A stretch of DNA of 63,997 nucleotides, counting the filler, from Asterionella formosa (Eukaryota), in assembly GCA_002256025.1 (NCBI GenBank). It is 9 parts of 9 records of this genome, joined end to end, with 100 filler letters (N's around TTAATTAATTAA, not from the genome) between each part and the next. Parts side by side here need not be neighbours in the genome. Positions count along the whole stretch, not along the records: positions 7,162 to 14,213 come from NKIB01012537.1; positions 14,314 to 21,358 come from NKIB01012538.1; positions 21,459 to 28,501 come from NKIB01012539.1; 6 more parts are not named here. The stretch is one strand, 5' to 3'. Positions 11,263 to 23,360 of the stretch are shown one piece after another. Position 1 is the first letter of the stretch, and each line of letters opens with the position of its first letter. A program made the translations under genes and the position numbers. Under the pieces are notes generated by a model. The model searched no databases. It was not told where the DNA came from and saw nothing but the letters and a program-made list of their open reading frames with translations.

Positions 11263-13800
11263 AATGTTAAAATAATACAATGACAATAAAAAATGATAAA
11301 CTATGTACGCAAGTGTTATCGATACATCACAGAAAATAAATAAATAAATAAATCATAATTATGTTACTTAATATATAAAATCGACTTTTAATGTATACAG
11401 TAAAAGCCAACAGTTAATATGATAGTATTATACGGTGTATAGGATCTAAGTATATGGATGCGTTGATATGTACATCACTATAATATGATTTGTGATATGG
11501 ATTGATGCATATCACATACTGGTATCCTCAACAACCAACCATCACGTTCATTGTTGTGTCGTTTTTCCTTGTTATAGCTGTATTTATGCCAGCATGTGTA
11601 TTGTGTAAACACTACCCTGGCGGAACATGCATATTACTCTGCTGTGCTCTGTTCAACAAGTACTACACTCGGTTACCATCACACCAGCTGCACCTCCACA
11701 AGCGCCGCAAAAATCTAGCTCCGCGTTTCCCTTCCACAGTTTTACATCATAGTCTTCTGGCCCTTTGACAACTTTCCAAATGGCATTTCATGGATTTCAT
11801 GCAAAGGATCAGTCAAACAAGAAACGTGACTTACTTCCATTGTTTACACTAAACGACTTAATGTTTTCGGAAAAGGAGATGAAGAAACTTATGAAATCAA
11901 TCGAAGATTCCTTTGTATACACTCAAATAACAAATGAATTTGAACAGATTCGTAATACTCCAAAAAATATAAAGTATACCGATACAAAAGTTGCAGAGAA
12001 TGAAAAGATGGAAAGATTTCTTTCGAAGAGCCAAGAAAACCCAAACAGTTGTTCTTTGCGGATGAAAACTCTATTCCTACAAAGTCACAGTTCCATCCAG
12101 TGTCGAATTTTGCTCATTCTCCTGAAATCGCTGATAATGAAGAAGAACTCAGTGATTCTCATTCATTTGATGAACAAATTCATGCGATGAATAAAAATAC
12201 CGGCGGAAATGTGGGAGACATCACTTCTGAAGTAGAAATGGTTGAAAAGTTGCAAAACCAAGAAATATGTCTCACTATTCGTCCAGAACATCAAGATGAA
12301 CATCATGAAAGCAGATAAACTATTGCATTTCTAAAAGGAAAGCAATATATTCAAGAAAACGTCCGAGCTAGATCAAGACCTCGAATTCAAGAAGATCAAT
12401 ACAGACAGAGATGTGATGCTGGCTAAGGCAGTTGATGCACTGAGTCGGGAACGAAGTTTGAAGAAAAAATTGAATCTTTTTCAAAATCATACATGGAAGA
12501 AAAAGATTAGGATTTCTTTGTAAAATCATCGAGAACAATCCCGAAGGCAGCTAGCTACTTTTGTGAAGAGTCAGCATGTGAAATGTGTAGAGTTACTATG
12601 CCAAAGCAAACGGCATTTTCCTTGAGTTTGCCGAAATCGCATGGACAACTAAAATTGTGGAAAGATTGTACACAAATACCCCACAAGAAATATGCAATTA
12701 CGCCTCTGTATTTTATGGAGTCAAAGGTATCAAAAAAACATCTTCAGATTTTAAAGATCTTGCATATTGGGACCTTGAAACAATTACCTCTATGATCCAT
12801 TATATAATTCATGAACTTCATCCAATTGATGTAAAGGTTATATTTGATCTGGATGAGAACCCAGAAAAGGGTTATGACAAACCGCATATATACCAGGGTG
12901 ATTGTCATCCACTTCATCATGACAGTAACTATGTGCTAATTGTTTATTGCAAAAGATCAGATGAGGAAGAAAACAATCATTTTGTGCATTATCTTTTTGC
13001 TATAAATGATGGATTATGTCAAGTCCGTGATCCAGGAAAAGATGCAAGTTGGATGAACATTATGATCAAGTATTTCACCTTGCCCGTAAGTACTGCATCA
13101 TCCCTGGATGCTGCAGACAAATAGAACTGTTTCGCACCGATACAGGATATCTTCCACAAGAATACCATACACCTGAAGCAATTGGTTTATCGGAATCTTT
13201 CTATACTGGCACCAAAGCACCATTGCAGATCATAATGGCCACTGAACATGATTCCATGTTATTTCAACCAGAAGATGATAGTGGATGGTCATGTGGACCA
13301 TTTACAATTGTAAAAGTATTGGAAACTCTATTGCAATTAGAAAGGAATGGCAAAATCAAATTTCTTGGTAACCGGGCACAATTCCAATTGGACGCAGAGT
13401 CCTGGAATATTTTCAAAACGTCACGTAGCAACAGACGATTTGTTACTATCTGTTACATCTGACCCACCAACCAAGTCAACATACTTTCATCTTGGAACAG
13501 TTTGGCCTCAAGTGACAACGACAAACATTCGTGAGGATATGTTTCAGTTGGAAATAACTGTTCTTCAATTTTGTATCGACAAAATTTTGAGCTCCTATTT
13601 AGATTTAAAAATGTTGAACGAAGTATTTGGACGACTTCCTTGCAACTCTTCTTTCAAGAAAGATGATGTTGTCAAGGTGAAATCCATGATCCATCAAATG
13701 AATGAAAAAGTTGCTCCCTTCAGATGGTATAATCATGCACCTCTTGGCCGAATTTCTTGGATGCATCAAAATTGACAAAAAGTTAATATTTTGTAACTGA
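11263..13800 (+). mobile_element. Decayed unclassified element encoding a Ulp1/C48-like cysteine protease (fragmented ORFs 11765-13775)
   Basis: NNHFVHYLFAINDGLCQVRDPG and FQPEDDSGWSCGPF give the H-D-Q-C order of CE-clan proteases. Several frameshifts. Its 5' 1 kb has a second copy at 39356-40348 (-). Confidence 0.65.
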
Positions 13801-14387
13801 TGATAGCCCTTCTGGAATCAAAGTTTACAGACTAATATCGAACTGTAGTTGAAAAGTGGAGAAGAAAATTGTCGGACGAAACGAGAGGGACCATCTTAGG
13901 TTCTTTGGGAGTGAAAAAGAACAAATAATGGACCATTGGGATCATCCAATCTCATCATTCCTTAGGACATTGTAGTTTGTGAAAACCTTCTAATAACTTA
14001 ACTAATATGAGAAACTATATTATCACTATTATTTATATTATTCTTGTGTATTTATCAACATTCGCTTGTTAGTTTTTGGTTCCACCCGATTGATTTCCAT
14101 AAATGACGTGGAGGCATGATGGCAACATAAAAATTATCTTTCCGTATCTGTTCCAAAACTTCTTGCAGTTTCAGAGAGCGATTTCCTTGATTCCTGTGGT
14201 TTCAAAGCAGGAANNNNNNNNNNNNNNNNNNNNNNNNNNNNNNNNNNNNNNNNNNNNTTAATTAATTAANNNNNNNNNNNNNNNNNNNNNNNNNNNNNNN
14301 NNNNNNNNNNNNNTCACTTTCGCACTTATTCCTTCACGTCATCGAAGTCTTACAATAGATCTCAAATTGAACTGTCATTTTGTGAGG

Positions 14388-16073
14388 ATGTCAGTCTCGT
14401 TTGGTTACCCTTTGTGGTCATGGTGGGGGCATATCATTTGTGGGCTTCTCGTGATTCCAACATCTGTTATACTGGATAGCGCTGTAGTAGAAGCTTTCGC
14501 ACCATCAGCAGTAATATCATCACGATATCTGGGCTGGCACCAAAACAAAGCTGTTGCTACTCCATTGTGCTCGACTTTAACAGAGACAACTACAGCGATG
14601 GATCCCGTCCTATTAGTGCATCAACTATCCAAGCAAGCCATTGAAACGTTTGGTTCTGACACTTGCCTTACCGCCTTGGAAGCACTATGCGATATGAGTG
14701 GTCGTCGACAGGCATTAAACTTGGAAGATAGGATGGTTTGCCATCGCAGCATGGACGGGTCTGTCCTGTCGCTCCAGAGAGATCTGCTACCTCCGGAAAC
14801 GACGGATAATTTTTTGGATCTAGTTGCTGAAATGGAACGTAATGATTGGTTGAGCACCAATCCAGACTCTGTGGATGGCCTTCCAAGTCTTCACTTAAAT
14901 TTAGTCTCGCAAGGGAAACCACTGTTCCCAAAAAATACCGTGGGCACTAGTACAACCGACTTTCAACGGGGCATTCAGCAACTCCTTGAAATTGTCGAAA
15001 TGCCAATTTACAAGAGTTTGCTTCCAAATGTCCAACGGCTAGTAAAGGACCCTGAACTTTTTGTCTCAGATGTCTTTTTAAGGAGATACAACGAAACTGT
15101 TGGCAGAACAGGTATATCTGCTCATTATGATGTATTTTCGAAAGTGACAGCTGTGATTGCTCTGGATAATGTCGCTGTTACCGGGACAAATGGGTTGTAC
15201 ACGACAGCAACCAGCCCGAGCAACAATAGGGGTGATTCTTTCACGACATCCAATCATGCTGGCCTTCGACGTTTCATTCCTCTTTCCAGAGGTGATGCTG
15301 TTATACATACATGGGATGTGTTACATGGTGTTGATGTAGAACCAGGGATTGATCGTACATCCTTGATTGTTTGGTTCTCTACTAAGAGCAAGAACAATAT
15401 CAAGAGGAAATCAGATGGTGCCGATAATCACAATGATGAGGATTCCTATATTGATGTTATTCCTCAGTGGCTAGTACATCATGCTGCTTTAGAAACAAAC
15501 CATGTGGCCCAGTTTGTCTTGGCAAGTGCCATAGAGAGTTGTTCTACCAAGCAGAACCACCATAATGAGCAAGAAATGCGCTGCCCTCACGCTCATGATT
15601 TGTACTTGGATTCGGCGTCACATGGGAATGCTTTTGGGTTGAATCGACTTGGTGGACTATGTGAGGAACACGGCTTGACCGAGGAAAGGAAGATTAGAGC
15701 CATGTCTATTTTAAATAACTTTCACAGTTGGAAAGAATTGCCTTTTCCAATTAGGGCCATCATGCTGGACGACTGGAAAACCTTGTCACGCCGATTTTGG
15801 TATGAAGGTGCCATTCGAGGTAACCCGCTCTCCCAAATGGCATTGGCTGACGACCTAATGGAAAATGCTAGTGGAGACCATGATTTGCAGACACTAGCTG
15901 CATGTCTGTTTGGATTGGCCGCACAGCAAGGCAACGAGATTGCAGCAAATTCGCTAGAGCGTGTTGTCGACTTCCACATCGCGGATGGTGAAGGCATCAC
16001 GGAAAGAGAAGCTTACCTATCGTCGCCAGTAGTGCAAATTGCGATTGCAGCAACTGGTGCTGGACTCGATTGA
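14388..16073 (+). CDS. Putative plastid-targeted 2OG-Fe(II) oxygenase-like protein with C-terminal Sel1-like repeats
   Basis: Hydrophobic leader then VEAFAP. HxD (AHYD) ... H (VLHGV) ... R (RTSLIVWF) facial-triad motif. WYEGAIRGNPLSQ and FGLAAQQGNEIA resemble Sel1 repeats. First ATG at 14388. Confidence 0.8.
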   Translation: MSVSFGYPLWSWWGHIICGLLVIPTSVILDSAVVEAFAPSAVISSRYLGWHQNKAVATPLCSTLTETTTAMDPVLLVHQLSKQAIETFGSDTCLTALEALCDMSGRRQALNLEDRMVCHRSMDGSVLSLQRDLLPPETTDNFLDLVAEMERNDWLSTNPDSVDGLPSLHLNLVSQGKPLFPKNTVGTSTTDFQRGIQQLLEIVEMPIYKSLLPNVQRLVKDPELFVSDVFLRRYNETVGRTGISAHYDVFSKVTAVIALDNVAVTGTNGLYTTATSPSNNRGDSFTTSNHAGLRRFIPLSRGDAVIHTWDVLHGVDVEPGIDRTSLIVWFSTKSKNNIKRKSDGADNHNDEDSYIDVIPQWLVHHAALETNHVAQFVLASAIESCSTKQNHHNEQEMRCPHAHDLYLDSASHGNAFGLNRLGGLCEEHGLTEERKIRAMSILNNFHSWKELPFPIRAIMLDDWKTLSRRFWYEGAIRGNPLSQMALADDLMENASGDHDLQTLAACLFGLAAQQGNEIAANSLERVVDFHIADGEGITEREAYLSSPVVQIAIAATGAGLD

Positions 16074-17117
16074 AATTTTCCATAGCAGTGCTCCCCATTT
16101 GCCCATTCGTCCTGCCATGTACCCTTCTAGTTTAGTTTTGTCAAGTCTTAGATTACTGTAGCTATCACTTCTTTTTTATGCTTTGTGTCCATTCGTCGTC
16201 ATCAAATAGGGGCAATGTTTTGTTCTTAAATAACTTATTTTTAATATTTAATTAGCTTAAATGCAAACCATCTTCGTGCCCAAATTCACTGGCATCGTTC
16301 ATACTCTTGCCTGATCGGCCATTTGGATGGGTGAGAAACAGCCAAAGCATAAATTCATTGCTGCATCATCAGCATCAAGACAAAAAAATCGTCGCTGCAT
16401 GTAATCCCAATATGCCTTGTTCCTTACTACTCCAATCACTCATCTGGTAGAGTTTGGATATTACATTATAAAAAATGTTTTGTGGATACTAGAGCTTTGC
16501 TGGAGGCCTGCTCCTTGTCAGAAAGACAAAGATGGCAAAGGAGAAGGTAAGGCCACCATTATGGCTGGTGACACCAAGAGTTGTCACAATTGATCCTTAG
16601 TGCCTGTGTTGTTGATTGTTAAATGTGATTTGCTAAAATTTCCTCTAATGATCTGTCATCTTTCATGACCTTCCTGGAGTGGTAGACACAGTTTGCGATC
16701 TAGTGCAGCATGAAGACATACAGAAGGTATGATCATGAGGAATAAAGTCATGGCAATGGAGTCTTTAGTGTAGTAGCTTTGATCCATCATCATGTTCAGG
16801 GACTGGAGCAATTTGGGATTGCTGTGGTTGTATTGGAAGGAGGTTGCTGTCTGGCCCCATGATGAGGTGTCCAGCCTTAGTATCCAACAATCTTCCAATG
16901 TCACCATTCGTCAGGATGGCAAACTATTCACTCTTCAGATTTGTAGAAGTTGAATTAACATATATAAACATTATAGCGTTAAACAATGCATCATCTGCTA
17001 CAGGTACATTTATACGACACTGGTATGATGGACTGGCTGGGAGTACTACCAGTTCTTGGTTTACCAGTAATACGGTAATGGATCTATCTATGTACCGGTA
17101 CATACGAAAGGATACCT

Positions 17118-17165
17118 GCAAGTTGTGGTCATTTTGCTTGAACAAACAATTTAATATGGTATAAG
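17118..17165. mobile_element. Left half of the 90-bp MITE, followed by unrelated repetitive sequence
   Basis: gcaagttgtggtcattttgcttgaacaaacaatttaat matches the copies at 27869 and 28005. Confidence 0.65.
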
Positions 17166-18967
17166 GCCGTTGCTAACGGTGGACCAAAACGCAAACCAAA
17201 CAGAGTTTTGGTTTCGGTAACCCTAAAAAACGATGCCATTGGGAGTGAAAAACCCAATGCAAACGCGTTACGTTTAGGGGATTCCGTGCCCATATCCCAA
17301 TAAGTTACCCAAACGCATTACATTTAGGTTTTTTTTCCCAAAGTTACCTAAACGTAGGATTCCATACTATTGACTACTTTGAATGTAGTCACTAGAAACC
17401 CAAATTTTATCATCGTATAATCAGTACATATAGGATGCATCATTTACCAGCATATCATACATAGATACAACAATAGCTATATGGTACTCTGGTACCTGGT
17501 ACCAGGTACCAGGGGACCACACTGTCAAGAACAACAACAACAACAACAAATCATCTCGGATTTCACCACAATCAACATGTCATCAAACCCACATTTCACC
17601 AACATGGCACACATACGTACCATATCAATGATATTGTGGAACTTGTCCAACCAACTCGCCAAGATCATCTACTCCAAGGCAAGTGCCCTATGTTCCATGG
17701 TTTTACTCCATCTGCCTGACGTACCAAGGTTTGATATTCAATTGCTACTTTTAATACAGATGTCGCAATTACCGCACCTTCCAGTGCAGGAGGTGCTGTT
17801 TGTTTACCTGCGTACCAGGTACCTTGTTGTGATACTAAGGTACGACCATGATACTCTGTCCTGCCTACAAATGATACTGCCTTCCTTGTTTGCTTGTACT
17901 GTCCCAGGTACTTGTCGTGGTTGTGGTGGGGTTGCTGTTCGTTTTGTGGCCCAATGTCCGGGTTGTGGTTCTTACGTGGCCAACGAATTGTTTTCTGCGA
18001 GTACATAATCCCAGGCTCGCGATCACAAAAACAAGGTCTACCTCGTCTAGGACCATGTATATATGAAGTTTATAATTGACCCATTCTACATAAAAATCAG
18101 CGAAGGATATACATACACAAATATTTTTTAAAGCATTCGCCAACGGGCGTATGCTAGTGCACACGTTTGAATCCAACCTGCAACAATATGGTGAGATTAC
18201 CTATACCTTTTCGGCCGTTGAACCAGTGGGAAACAACGACCGTTGTTTTACAGGAACAACCATATATCCAGTATATATATATTGCATGCAATATCCCTTG
18301 TACCACCAGCATTATGGGATACATGTCCGTTCTACTTTCACGGTACATGACATTATATTGCATCGGGAGTATGGTACCTGGTACATATTGTAGCAGATAC
18401 AGTGCCACCACATAGTAGACTACCGGTATGTATTCCCTTCTTGTTCATGAGAGTATACCGAAATGTCGATGTACAAATTGAGATATGGCTGTGATGCCGT
18501 ACAGTTCCGGTCCTGACAGTACTTTGGCAGTGCAGGAGTATGAATGTAGGTATGATATTGGTCCAGTACCAGGTACTATACAGTAGTTCGTACTCCCGGT
18601 ATTTACATACCGTAGTTCGAAGGAATGTTCAAAAAACCCGAACACAGCTGTTCATTTGCTGTGGTGGTTTGAGCCAGAATTTCACAAATTCAGAAACACA
18701 AATTTGTCATTATTACGCACGCGGCTGATCTGGCCGTGTGAGGATTTGTTTCCAAATTTTTCACATGTACTATGTAGGAAAATAGTTCCTAATACTAATA
18801 ACGAAGTGTTTCTTATTTTCCGATGTAAGTTTGTATGTACCGGTAATTGAGCAAGCACATAAATATCACCTTTGTATCTTTTTAGTTACCAGGGTACCAG
18901 GGTACCATAGCCCGCTGCTCGTTTGCTTTGTCTCTTGTCAAACTTTATCATTACTACTAGTACATTG

Positions 18968-19162
18968 CTCAGCATCATCATCATCATCAGCAGCAGCAGC
19001 ATCAGCAGCAGCAGCAGNNNNNNNNNNNNNNNNNNNNNNNNNNNNNNNNNNNNNNNNNNNNNNNNNNNNNNNNNNNNNNNNNNNNNNNNNNNNNNNNNNN
19101 NNNNNNNNNNNNNNNNNCATCATCATCATCAGCAGCAGCAGCATCAGCAGCAGCAGCAGCAT
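18968..19162. repeat. CAG/CAT microsatellite flanking an internal ~100-N gap
   Basis: (cat)n(cag)n on both sides of the gap. Confidence 0.9.
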
Positions 19163-19376
19163 CGTCCACCGGTATTCTTTCCTCATCCTCGTCTATTCTA
19201 TCCTCATCATTGCTGCTGTTGCCTGAACGACAAGTATCGAACCACATTCAACGGAGGAGCGATCAAGTCGTACACAGCAAGAGCAACCGCGCGCATTAGT
19301 ATTAGTTTCAGCATCAGTATCAGCATCAGTTTCAGTATCAGTATCAGTATTACTCCTATTGCTACTGCCAACCAGT

Positions 19377-20689
19377 ATGAATCATCCGAACGGTAACGAA
19401 CAACCCCTCCGTCAATCAGCATCTGAGGATGCAGTTGCCAATACCAGTAGGGGTACTAACACTTCCAACAAGAAGAAGAAACGCCAAAGACAAGTCGAAG
19501 ACGATGCAGCAACTCAACTACCGGTAGCTACCAACAATGCCCTGCTGGCACGCCAACAATTGGAGAATGAACAGCACTATCAATTACTCCTTTCTCTTCA
19601 ACAACAACAGCAGCAACAACAGATGCTACAAACTCTCATGGTCAGCAATACGAACAATAACAACACTACCAACGGAAACAATTCATTGAGAGGCGCGGCT
19701 GCCTCATTGGCTTGGGACAACAGTACTGCCACTACTCCATCATCAGCCATGCTGTTGATGCATCACGCTCAACGAATCCAACAACAGCAACATGCTGCTA
19801 CTAATCAAAACATGCAGCAGCAGCATCGAGGATTAACAGATGGACCCTTTGCTCAACAAGTACAGGGAGCTCATCGGGCTCACCACCATTTTGATCAAGA
19901 TGAATCTGCCGTGATACTCCCACCTGGGTTCCTTCCACAACCATTTGCTCCTCCTGAGGAAGTAACACCAATGATGAATCCAAGTGTCCTATGGATACTA
20001 CAGCAACAAGAGCAAGCACGACGAGCAAATATGTTGATGCAAGCGGCCTTTGCAGGGACATCATATTCAGGACTCGACACTGCACCTAGCAATGCCATTA
20101 CTGCCATTACGCCAAGAGGCATTCTAGAATCTCCTCGGGATGGAAGATCAGTTGATTTGTACATGAAAACCGATGACGATATATTATCAGATCATCAAAT
20201 TCTTATTCGAAAACAAATTGAGGTAAGTTTTGGGTACACGAAAAATGTCTTTTGGTCCAAACACACATTTGTCCCTCCTCACCCATATGAGCATTATCGG
20301 TTTTTTATAAAAAGTTCTTTGAAGCTGGGGATGTTGATATTTCAACCATTACTCATGGTCGTCGAAAAGAAGTATTCCATGGTCAAGTTGGAATTCGTTG
20401 CAAACACTGCCGCACCTTGCCTCCAAATCATCGAGCCAAGGGGAGTGTCTTTTATCCAGCCACACGACGTGCCATTTACCAAGCAGCACAAAATATGGTG
20501 GCATCTCATTTTACAACTTCTTGCTCAGAAATTCCAAAAGAATTGAAATTGCAATTTATTGCCTTTCAGACAGCCAAGTCATCTGCAGGACATGGTGGGA
20601 AAAAATATTGGAGTGATGGGGCAGCAGCTTTGGGAATTGTGGAGAAGGATGATCGATTGCGATTTGTTACTTGTGATGCAAATGTGTAG
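19377..20689 (+). CDS. Q/N-rich protein with a conserved diatom-type Cys/His C-terminal domain (2 exons; intron 20223-20314)
   Basis: Removing GTAAG...AAAG joins LIRKQIE to FFEAGD...GQVGIRCKHC...KGSVFYP...IYQAAQNMVASHFTTSC; stop at 20689. Confidence 0.85.
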
Positions 20690-21514
20690 CTGCAGCAGCT
20701 CAAGGTACATTGTCCTTGATGTACAAAATAGAGATACCATTAAGGACAGTATGGGGACACCATTAGGGACACCATTAAGGACATTATAGAGACACCATTA
20801 AGGTTGACTTTATCAATCTTTGGTATGGTGAAAGACTTTTGCCTTCAACAGTCCTTTCCTGACAAAGACATGTGATGTTTTGCTAGGTATACTTTCTTTA
20901 GTTCAAGACAACTAAATAGTACTACATATTGATATGCCCTTTGTCTGCCTATTTAATCAATTGCATTATATGCCCAGTACTACGTGTCTGGGTCAGCCAT
21001 TGCACTTGTGGTTGGCAATATGCATGTAGTGGTCATTACAAATGATTCATACACCAACTTCTACCATGGAGCAAATACCATACTTTGATTGTTGGAGTAG
21101 ATTGGCTGATCAATCTATTTTTTGCCATTATGAAATGTTCACACTTCATATTATAGTTGTAGTAGACAGGCTAGGGGTAGCAAAGTTTGCAACCCGCTAT
21201 GACTACCTGTCACAGCACTCAAATGGAGTAGCAAATTGTGCCATTGTGCCACTATGACGATTGACAATTTTCTCCTTTAGAGCCCAATTTATGGACAATA
21301 TCGGATCAACTAGAGTCCCTTGTTGCTAACAAAAATCCATAAAAGCGTGAATGATTGCNNNNNNNNNNNNNNNNNNNNNNNNNNNNNNNNNNNNNNNNNN
21401 NNTTAATTAATTAANNNNNNNNNNNNNNNNNNNNNNNNNNNNNNNNNNNNNNNNNNNNACACAACTTCACACACGAATGTTCGCATCATCAACTCCTGCT
21501 GCTGATTTAAGGAT

Positions 21515-22702
21515 ATGATTCATCGTCTTGGAATCAAGGGCTTGAAGAGGAGGCTGGACTCATTTGTGCACCTGCATCACAGGCTCCTCTCCTCATTTAA
21601 AGCATCGGCTCCATCAAGGAACGGAACCGCATCAGTCGTAGGTCAGAGATCCAACCGGGAAGGCGATTCAAAGCACCAGGGTACCGACCCCGAGTTGAAA
21701 TTCCCTCCAAATGAAAAGCTTCAATCTGTCCTCGAAGAGGGGGGCTTGACCATTTTCGAATCAATCTCAGACCTTGGATTCTTTGGTTGGACTCCCAAAG
21801 GGCATTATCGCAGCCTTGCAATGACTTCGGCAGATGAAGTCAAAGACTGCATTCAATTGGGTACAATACCAAAGATGATTGCTAGCACCCACACAATCAA
21901 GCCAAAACTACCGATTCGCTTTGAAACTGCATTAGATCCAGACCAGCACAAAAGTCATTATCCACATGGTGCTTTCGAAATCGCAAGTATTCATGTCGCT
22001 GTCAAGGACCGAAACGTTGACAAAAATTTCGTTGACTTTTGCTTTGGTGGATCTACATTAGAAATATTGGCCAAAGCTAAAGCCAAGCCCGAAGTGCAGT
22101 GTCTTGCTACCATAGTCCCTGGTACCAACATTATTTTGGTAGTGCGACGGAAAGATTATATTCAAGACTACTCGTCATTTGGCTTTCAGATGGAAAAACT
22201 CGCAACGGGTGGTCGATTCACAGATCGAGAGGATGTAAGCTTCGTAGAACATTTGCAATTAATGAAGGTGGCTGGACATTCCGTCTTGTTTTCTGCGGAA
22301 GCTGACGCGGTGGATCTGAATGGAGACCCCGTTGAAATTAAATCGAGCAATCCGCACTATTGGGGTACTAGAACCATGTTCCAAATGATCAGCAGTGGCA
22401 GCTTGAACCTGTTTTTAGGCGAGAGAGTAGCCGGAAGGCTAGTAGATGTGAGATTGCAAAGTCTCGCGTCAGTGACACGCGATGCCCTTTCAGCGGTCAT
22501 CATTGATGCCTTAGAAAATCAGATCAAGGGCGGTATGGACATTTTAAAGAACGAGGCCAGAACTGGCAAATTGAAAGAAGGCAAAGTCATGGCGATCATT
22601 TTCGTTGGGAAAACCCTATCATTGGTCGATTATGAGGATCACGACGGAGTTTCATTCCAGATTCTCCCACCTAATGAAGTAGTCAAATCCCTGCTTGATT
22701 GA
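21515..22702 (+). CDS. DXO/Rai1-like PD-(D/E)XK decapping/exoribonuclease family protein
   Basis: Ordered motifs FGFQME, FSAEAD, VEIKS and W...MFQ..SG match the Rai1/DXO motif series; intact 395-aa ORF. Confidence 0.7.
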   Translation: MIHRLGIKGLKRRLDSFVHLHHRLLSSFKASAPSRNGTASVVGQRSNREGDSKHQGTDPELKFPPNEKLQSVLEEGGLTIFESISDLGFFGWTPKGHYRSLAMTSADEVKDCIQLGTIPKMIASTHTIKPKLPIRFETALDPDQHKSHYPHGAFEIASIHVAVKDRNVDKNFVDFCFGGSTLEILAKAKAKPEVQCLATIVPGTNIILVVRRKDYIQDYSSFGFQMEKLATGGRFTDREDVSFVEHLQLMKVAGHSVLFSAEADAVDLNGDPVEIKSSNPHYWGTRTMFQMISSGSLNLFLGERVAGRLVDVRLQSLASVTRDALSAVIIDALENQIKGGMDILKNEARTGKLKEGKVMAIIFVGKTLSLVDYEDHDGVSFQILPPNEVVKSLLD

Positions 22703-23360
22703 ATTGCAAGTTCATATNNNNNNNNNNNNNNNNNNNNNNNNNNNNNNNNNNNNNNNNNNNNNNNNNNNNNNNNNNNNNNNNNNNNNNNNNNNNNNNNNNN
22801 NNNNNNNNNNNNNNNNNNNNNNNNNNNNNNNNNNNNNNNNNNNNNNNNNNNNNNNNNNNNNNNNNNNNNNNNNNNNNNNNNNNNNNNNNNNNNNNNNNNN
22901 NNNNNNNNNNNNNNNNNNNNNNNNNNNNNNNNNNNNNNNNNNNNNNNNNNNNNNNNNNNNNNNNNNNNNNNNNNNNNNNNNNNNNNNNNNNNNNNNNNNN
23001 NNNNNNNNNNNNNNNNNNNNNNNNNNNNNNNNNNNNNNNNNNNNNNNNNNNNNNNNNNNNNNNNNNNNNNNNNNNNNNNNNNNNNNNNNNNNNNNNNNNN
23101 NNNNNNNNNNNNNNNNNNNNNNNNNNNNNNNNNNNNNNNNNNNNNNNNNNNNNNNNNNNNNNNNNNNNNNNNNNNNNNNNNNNNNNNNNNNNNNNNNNNN
23201 NNNNNNNNNNNNNNNNNNNNNNNNNNNNNNNNNNNNNNNNNNNNNNNNNNNNNNNNNNNNNNNNNNNNNNNNNNNNNNNNNNNNNNNNNNNNNNNNNNNN
23301 NNNNNNNNNNNNNNNNNNNNNNNNNNNNNNNNNNNNNNNNNNNNNNNNNNNNNNNNATCC

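Noticed and set aside
16250..16920. Possible minus-strand TE or pseudogene remnant
   Set aside because: Composition looks coding-like, but no frame yields a motif I can assign.
17481..18415. Overlapping ORFs with a CxxC...CxxC-like motif
   Set aside because: Low-complexity GGTACC/CAA-rich DNA with ORFs on both strands and no convincing domain; cannot be supported as a gene.
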